Of a DNA stretch of 64,000 nt, positions 61,941-64,000 are shown piece after piece; positions within the stretch are counted from its first letter, which is position 1; every line of letters starts with the position of its first letter. Position numbers and translations under genes: made by a program. Below the pieces are notes generated by a model. That model searched no databases. It saw nothing but the letters and a program-made list of their open reading frames with translations, and was not told the origin of the DNA. The DNA comes from an uncultured Candidatus Saccharibacteria bacterium (GTDB taxonomy: Bacteria > Patescibacteriota > Minisyncoccia > Phycocordibacterales > PALSA-1337): assembly GCA_964459225.1 (NCBI GenBank), contig CAYWKB010000001.1, positions 32,356 to 96,355 on the forward strand, written 5' to 3'.

Positions 61941-62342
61941 CTAGGCTTTTTCAAACATCCAGCCGAGTCGTGTACCGAAGTTCTCCCTTACCGAGAGTTC
62001 GTCGAGACGATCCTTGAAGCTGAAAGTCCTTTCGCGCGGAATGTAGTCGCGGTTCATCCCGCTGATGCACATCACTCGAGATTGCAGAGGGCCGAGTCTT
62101 TCGAAGACATCGTGACCATTGAGACATTTGCAGCGACCTGTAGTGAACCGGCAATCGCAGAAGTCGTGGTCAAGCAGGATAAGGACAGGATCAACTTCCA
62201 GAATCTGCCTTACGATTTCATCAGCAGAAGTATCCCATTTCGGAGTGATCGTCAGGACAACTTCGAATCCGTTCTTCTGACAGGCATCCGCGAGTGGTTT
62301 TTGATATCTGATTACATCTTCGATAAGAACTGTTTTTTGCAC
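61941..62342 (-). CDS. hypothetical protein, possibly receiver-domain-like with Cys-rich insert (CDCRFTTGRCKC); GTG start preceded by perfect SD AAGGAGGTG; GC ~52%
   Basis: 133-aa ORF; rc upstream = ctgAAAGGAGGTGtctcGTG; hairpin terminator AAGCCTAG...CTAGGCTT overlaps stop (61911-61951). Confidence 0.5.
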   Translation of the reverse strand: MQKTVLIEDVIRYQKPLADACQKNGFEVVLTITPKWDTSADEIVRQILEVDPVLILLDHDFCDCRFTTGRCKCLNGHDVFERLGPLQSRVMCISGMNRDYIPRERTFSFKDRLDELSVRENFGTRLGWMFEKA

Positions 62343-62423
62343 GAGACACCTCCTTTCAGGGTTTTATTGGGTTTGAGTTCTAGTTGAATAGTAACACGTA
62401 TTTATAGTTTCGTAAAGCTTCGG

Positions 62424-62460
62424 TGCCTAGGTACTTGGGTCGCCCCACATACCTAGGCAC
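62424..62460. promoter_or_regulatory. inverted repeat GTGCCTAGGTA-N15-TACCTAGGCAC between island ORF and tRNA-Ser (operator/att-like)
   Basis: perfect 11-bp arms read directly. Confidence 0.35.
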
Positions 62461-62487
62461 TCGGGTCACTCCGATACTTTATTCTCT

Positions 62488-62577
62488 TGGCGGAAAGAGC
62501 GAGATTCGAACTCGCGGTTCCGATGAAGGAACGGCGGTTTAGTAAACCGCTGGTTTAAACCACTCACCCATCTTTCC
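62488..62577 (-). tRNA. type II tRNA, Ser identity (long variable arm, G73 discriminator, CCA encoded) with anticodon loop UUACUAA -> anticodon ACU (A34)
   Basis: GGAAAGA/TCTTTCC acceptor, 3-bp D stem, GCGGT-TTACTAA-ACCGC anticodon arm, GTTCC/GGAAC variable arm, GCGAG-TTCGAAT-CTCGC T-arm. Confidence 0.7.
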
Positions 62578-62638
62578 ATACCTTCATATACTATACAAAA
62601 TTAAGATCTTTTACAAACTCACATGATATAATATCGAA

Positions 62639-64000
62639 ATGAAAGAAAAGTTGATTTCTCTTAAACAAATATTTAATGGCGACATAGATACAAGCGAAGG
62701 CACATTACTCGAATATTCTCATGATGCAAGTCTATTTGAAATTAAACCAAAAGTAGTTGTATTTCCGAAAGACAGTAGCGATATCAAAAATCTAGTCAAA
62801 TGGGTAAATGAAAATAACAGCAAAGACAATCCCCTATCCATAACCGCAAGATGTGCAGGGACATGCATGACTGGTGGATCAATTGGTAATTCAATAATTG
62901 TTGATTTTACTAGGTATATGAATAATATTATTGAAATAAAAGATGACTATGCAATAGCCATGCCCGGTTGCTTGTATAGAGATTTTGATATTGAAACTAA
63001 AAAGCATGGTAAATACATGCCAGCATACACAGCATCGAGAGATATAAATGCAATAGGCGGAATGGTGGGCAATAATAGTGGTGGCGAAAAATCTATTAAA
63101 TACGGTAAAACAGAAAATTATATTAATTCATTAAAAGTAGTTTTGAGTGATGCGAATGAATATGAAATTAAACCTTTAAGTCTTAGTGAATTAGAAGAAA
63201 AAATAAAATCAGATAATTTTGAATCTTCAATTTACAAAAAGATTTTTGAATTAATTCAAAATAATTATGATGCGATAATGTCAGCAAAACCAAATGTATC
63301 CAAAAACTCTGCTGGATATTATCTTTGGAATATTTATGACAAAGAAAATAATAAATTTGATTTATGTAAATTGATTGTTGGCTCACAGGGAACATTAGGT
63401 ATTGTTACTGAAATAAATTTCAAAATTATCCCCTTTGAAGCATGTTCAAATATTATGGCTGTCTTTTTGCCTTCAATTGATCATGTTAGTAAACTTGTAA
63501 ATGAAATACTTCCCTATAAACCAGACAGTCTCGAAACATATGATGACAAGAGTATGATACTGGCAGTTAAATTTTTCTATGATTTTATTGAGTATTTAGG
63601 TATTTGGGGAGCAATTAAATTAGGTTTTCAATTTATTCCAGAAACTTACATGCTCGCAATCGGTGGCGTTCCAAAATTAATTTTAATGATTGAATTTACA
63701 GGCAATACAGAATCAGAAGTTAAAAATAAATTAATACAAGTAGAAAAGCATATAAAACCTTTTGGTTTCCATACTCATATAGCCCATTCAAGTGCGGAAG
63801 CAAATAAATACTGGAAAATACGCCATGAAAGTTTTAATTTATTGAGGAAGCATAGTAATGGAAAAAGAACAGCCCCATTTATTGATGACATAATAGTTAA
63901 ACCAGAATATTTACCAAAATTCCTTCCACAAATCAAAAAACTATTAGATGAATACAAATTAGATTATACGGTACAGGGGCATTTGGGTAACGGTAACTTT
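62639..64000 (+). CDS. FAD-binding oxidoreductase (FAD_binding_4/GlcD-D-lactate dehydrogenase-like), 5' part; continues beyond window
   Basis: VVVFPKDSSDIKNLVKWVNEN...ITARCAGTCMTGGSI FAD-binding motif; extended -10 TGaTATAAT ends 6 nt before ATG; absent from ORF track because it runs off the edge. Confidence 0.65.
   Translation, partial: MKEKLISLKQIFNGDIDTSEGTLLEYSHDASLFEIKPKVVVFPKDSSDIKNLVKWVNENNSKDNPLSITARCAGTCMTGGSIGNSIIVDFTRYMNNIIEIKDDYAIAMPGCLYRDFDIETKKHGKYMPAYTASRDINAIGGMVGNNSGGEKSIKYGKTENYINSLKVVLSDANEYEIKPLSLSELEEKIKSDNFESSIYKKIFELIQNNYDAIMSAKPNVSKNSAGYYLWNIYDKENNKFDLCKLIVGSQGTLGIVTEINFKIIPFEACSNIMAVFLPSIDHVSKLVNEILPYKPDSLETYDDKSMILAVKFFYDFIEYLGIWGAIKLGFQFIPETYMLAIGGVPKLILMIEFTGNTESEVKNKLIQVEKHIKPFGFHTHIAHSSAEANKYWKIRHESFNLLRKHSNGKRTAPFIDDIIVKPEYLPKFLPQIKKLLDEYKLDYTVQGHLGNGNF

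Noticed and set aside
61935-62387. Plus-strand 150-aa ORF and 61951-62154 minus-strand 67-aa ORF
   Set aside because: Fully overlap the SD-preceded 133-aa minus-strand ORF in other frames; no ribosome-binding or promoter context

Overview
This is a low-GC (~30%) bacterial window of about 70 genes, mostly small and on the minus strand. Its style is consistent with a reduced-genome bacterium of the CPR/Patescibacteria type; that is inference from gene content and rRNA oddities, not a database hit.

Core content: a 16S rRNA gene (minus, ~18670-20289) lies about 10 kb away from a 23S-5S pair (minus, ~30207-34192). The 23S is interrupted by a ~556-nt group-I-like insertion at the E. coli 2593 site and a second ~218-nt insertion near position 1931. 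Two tRNAs are present: Ile-GAT, and a Ser-type tRNA with an odd ACU anticodon. Cell-envelope genes are mraY, murC, murD, ftsW/rodA, secDF, a WbaP-like sugar transferase and a GT4 glycosyltransferase. A full type IV pilus locus (pilM-N-O-like, pilB, a receiver-domain protein, pilT, pilC, pilin) sits next to comF. Other housekeeping genes are recA, ftsK, efp, rpsF-ssb-rpsR, rplJ-rplL, pyk, rsmI, radC, tatD, a DinJ/YafQ toxin-antitoxin pair, and many secreted or membrane hypotheticals.

Points worth a second look:
- The 16S 3' tail reads GGAUUAUUUCAAUU where CCUCC normally sits. Genes lack Shine-Dalgarno sequences and often have a TATAAT-like hexamer only 6-9 nt upstream of the start codon, which suggests mainly leaderless translation.
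- A Bpt/ATE-like aminoacyl-tRNA transferase is translationally coupled to mraY.
- Several small GC-rich islands look foreign: a ~360-bp promoter/two-ORF/terminator cassette, a mini-island flanked by a 21-bp duplication of the tRNA-Ile 3' end, and a GC-rich ORF with a perfect SD and GTG start beside the tRNA-Ser.
- Two families of intergenic repeats recur: a 25-nt core, and the 12-mer TTATGTGGATAA, which contains a perfect DnaA box, present three times.
- 16S helix 40 carries a ~140-nt expansion.
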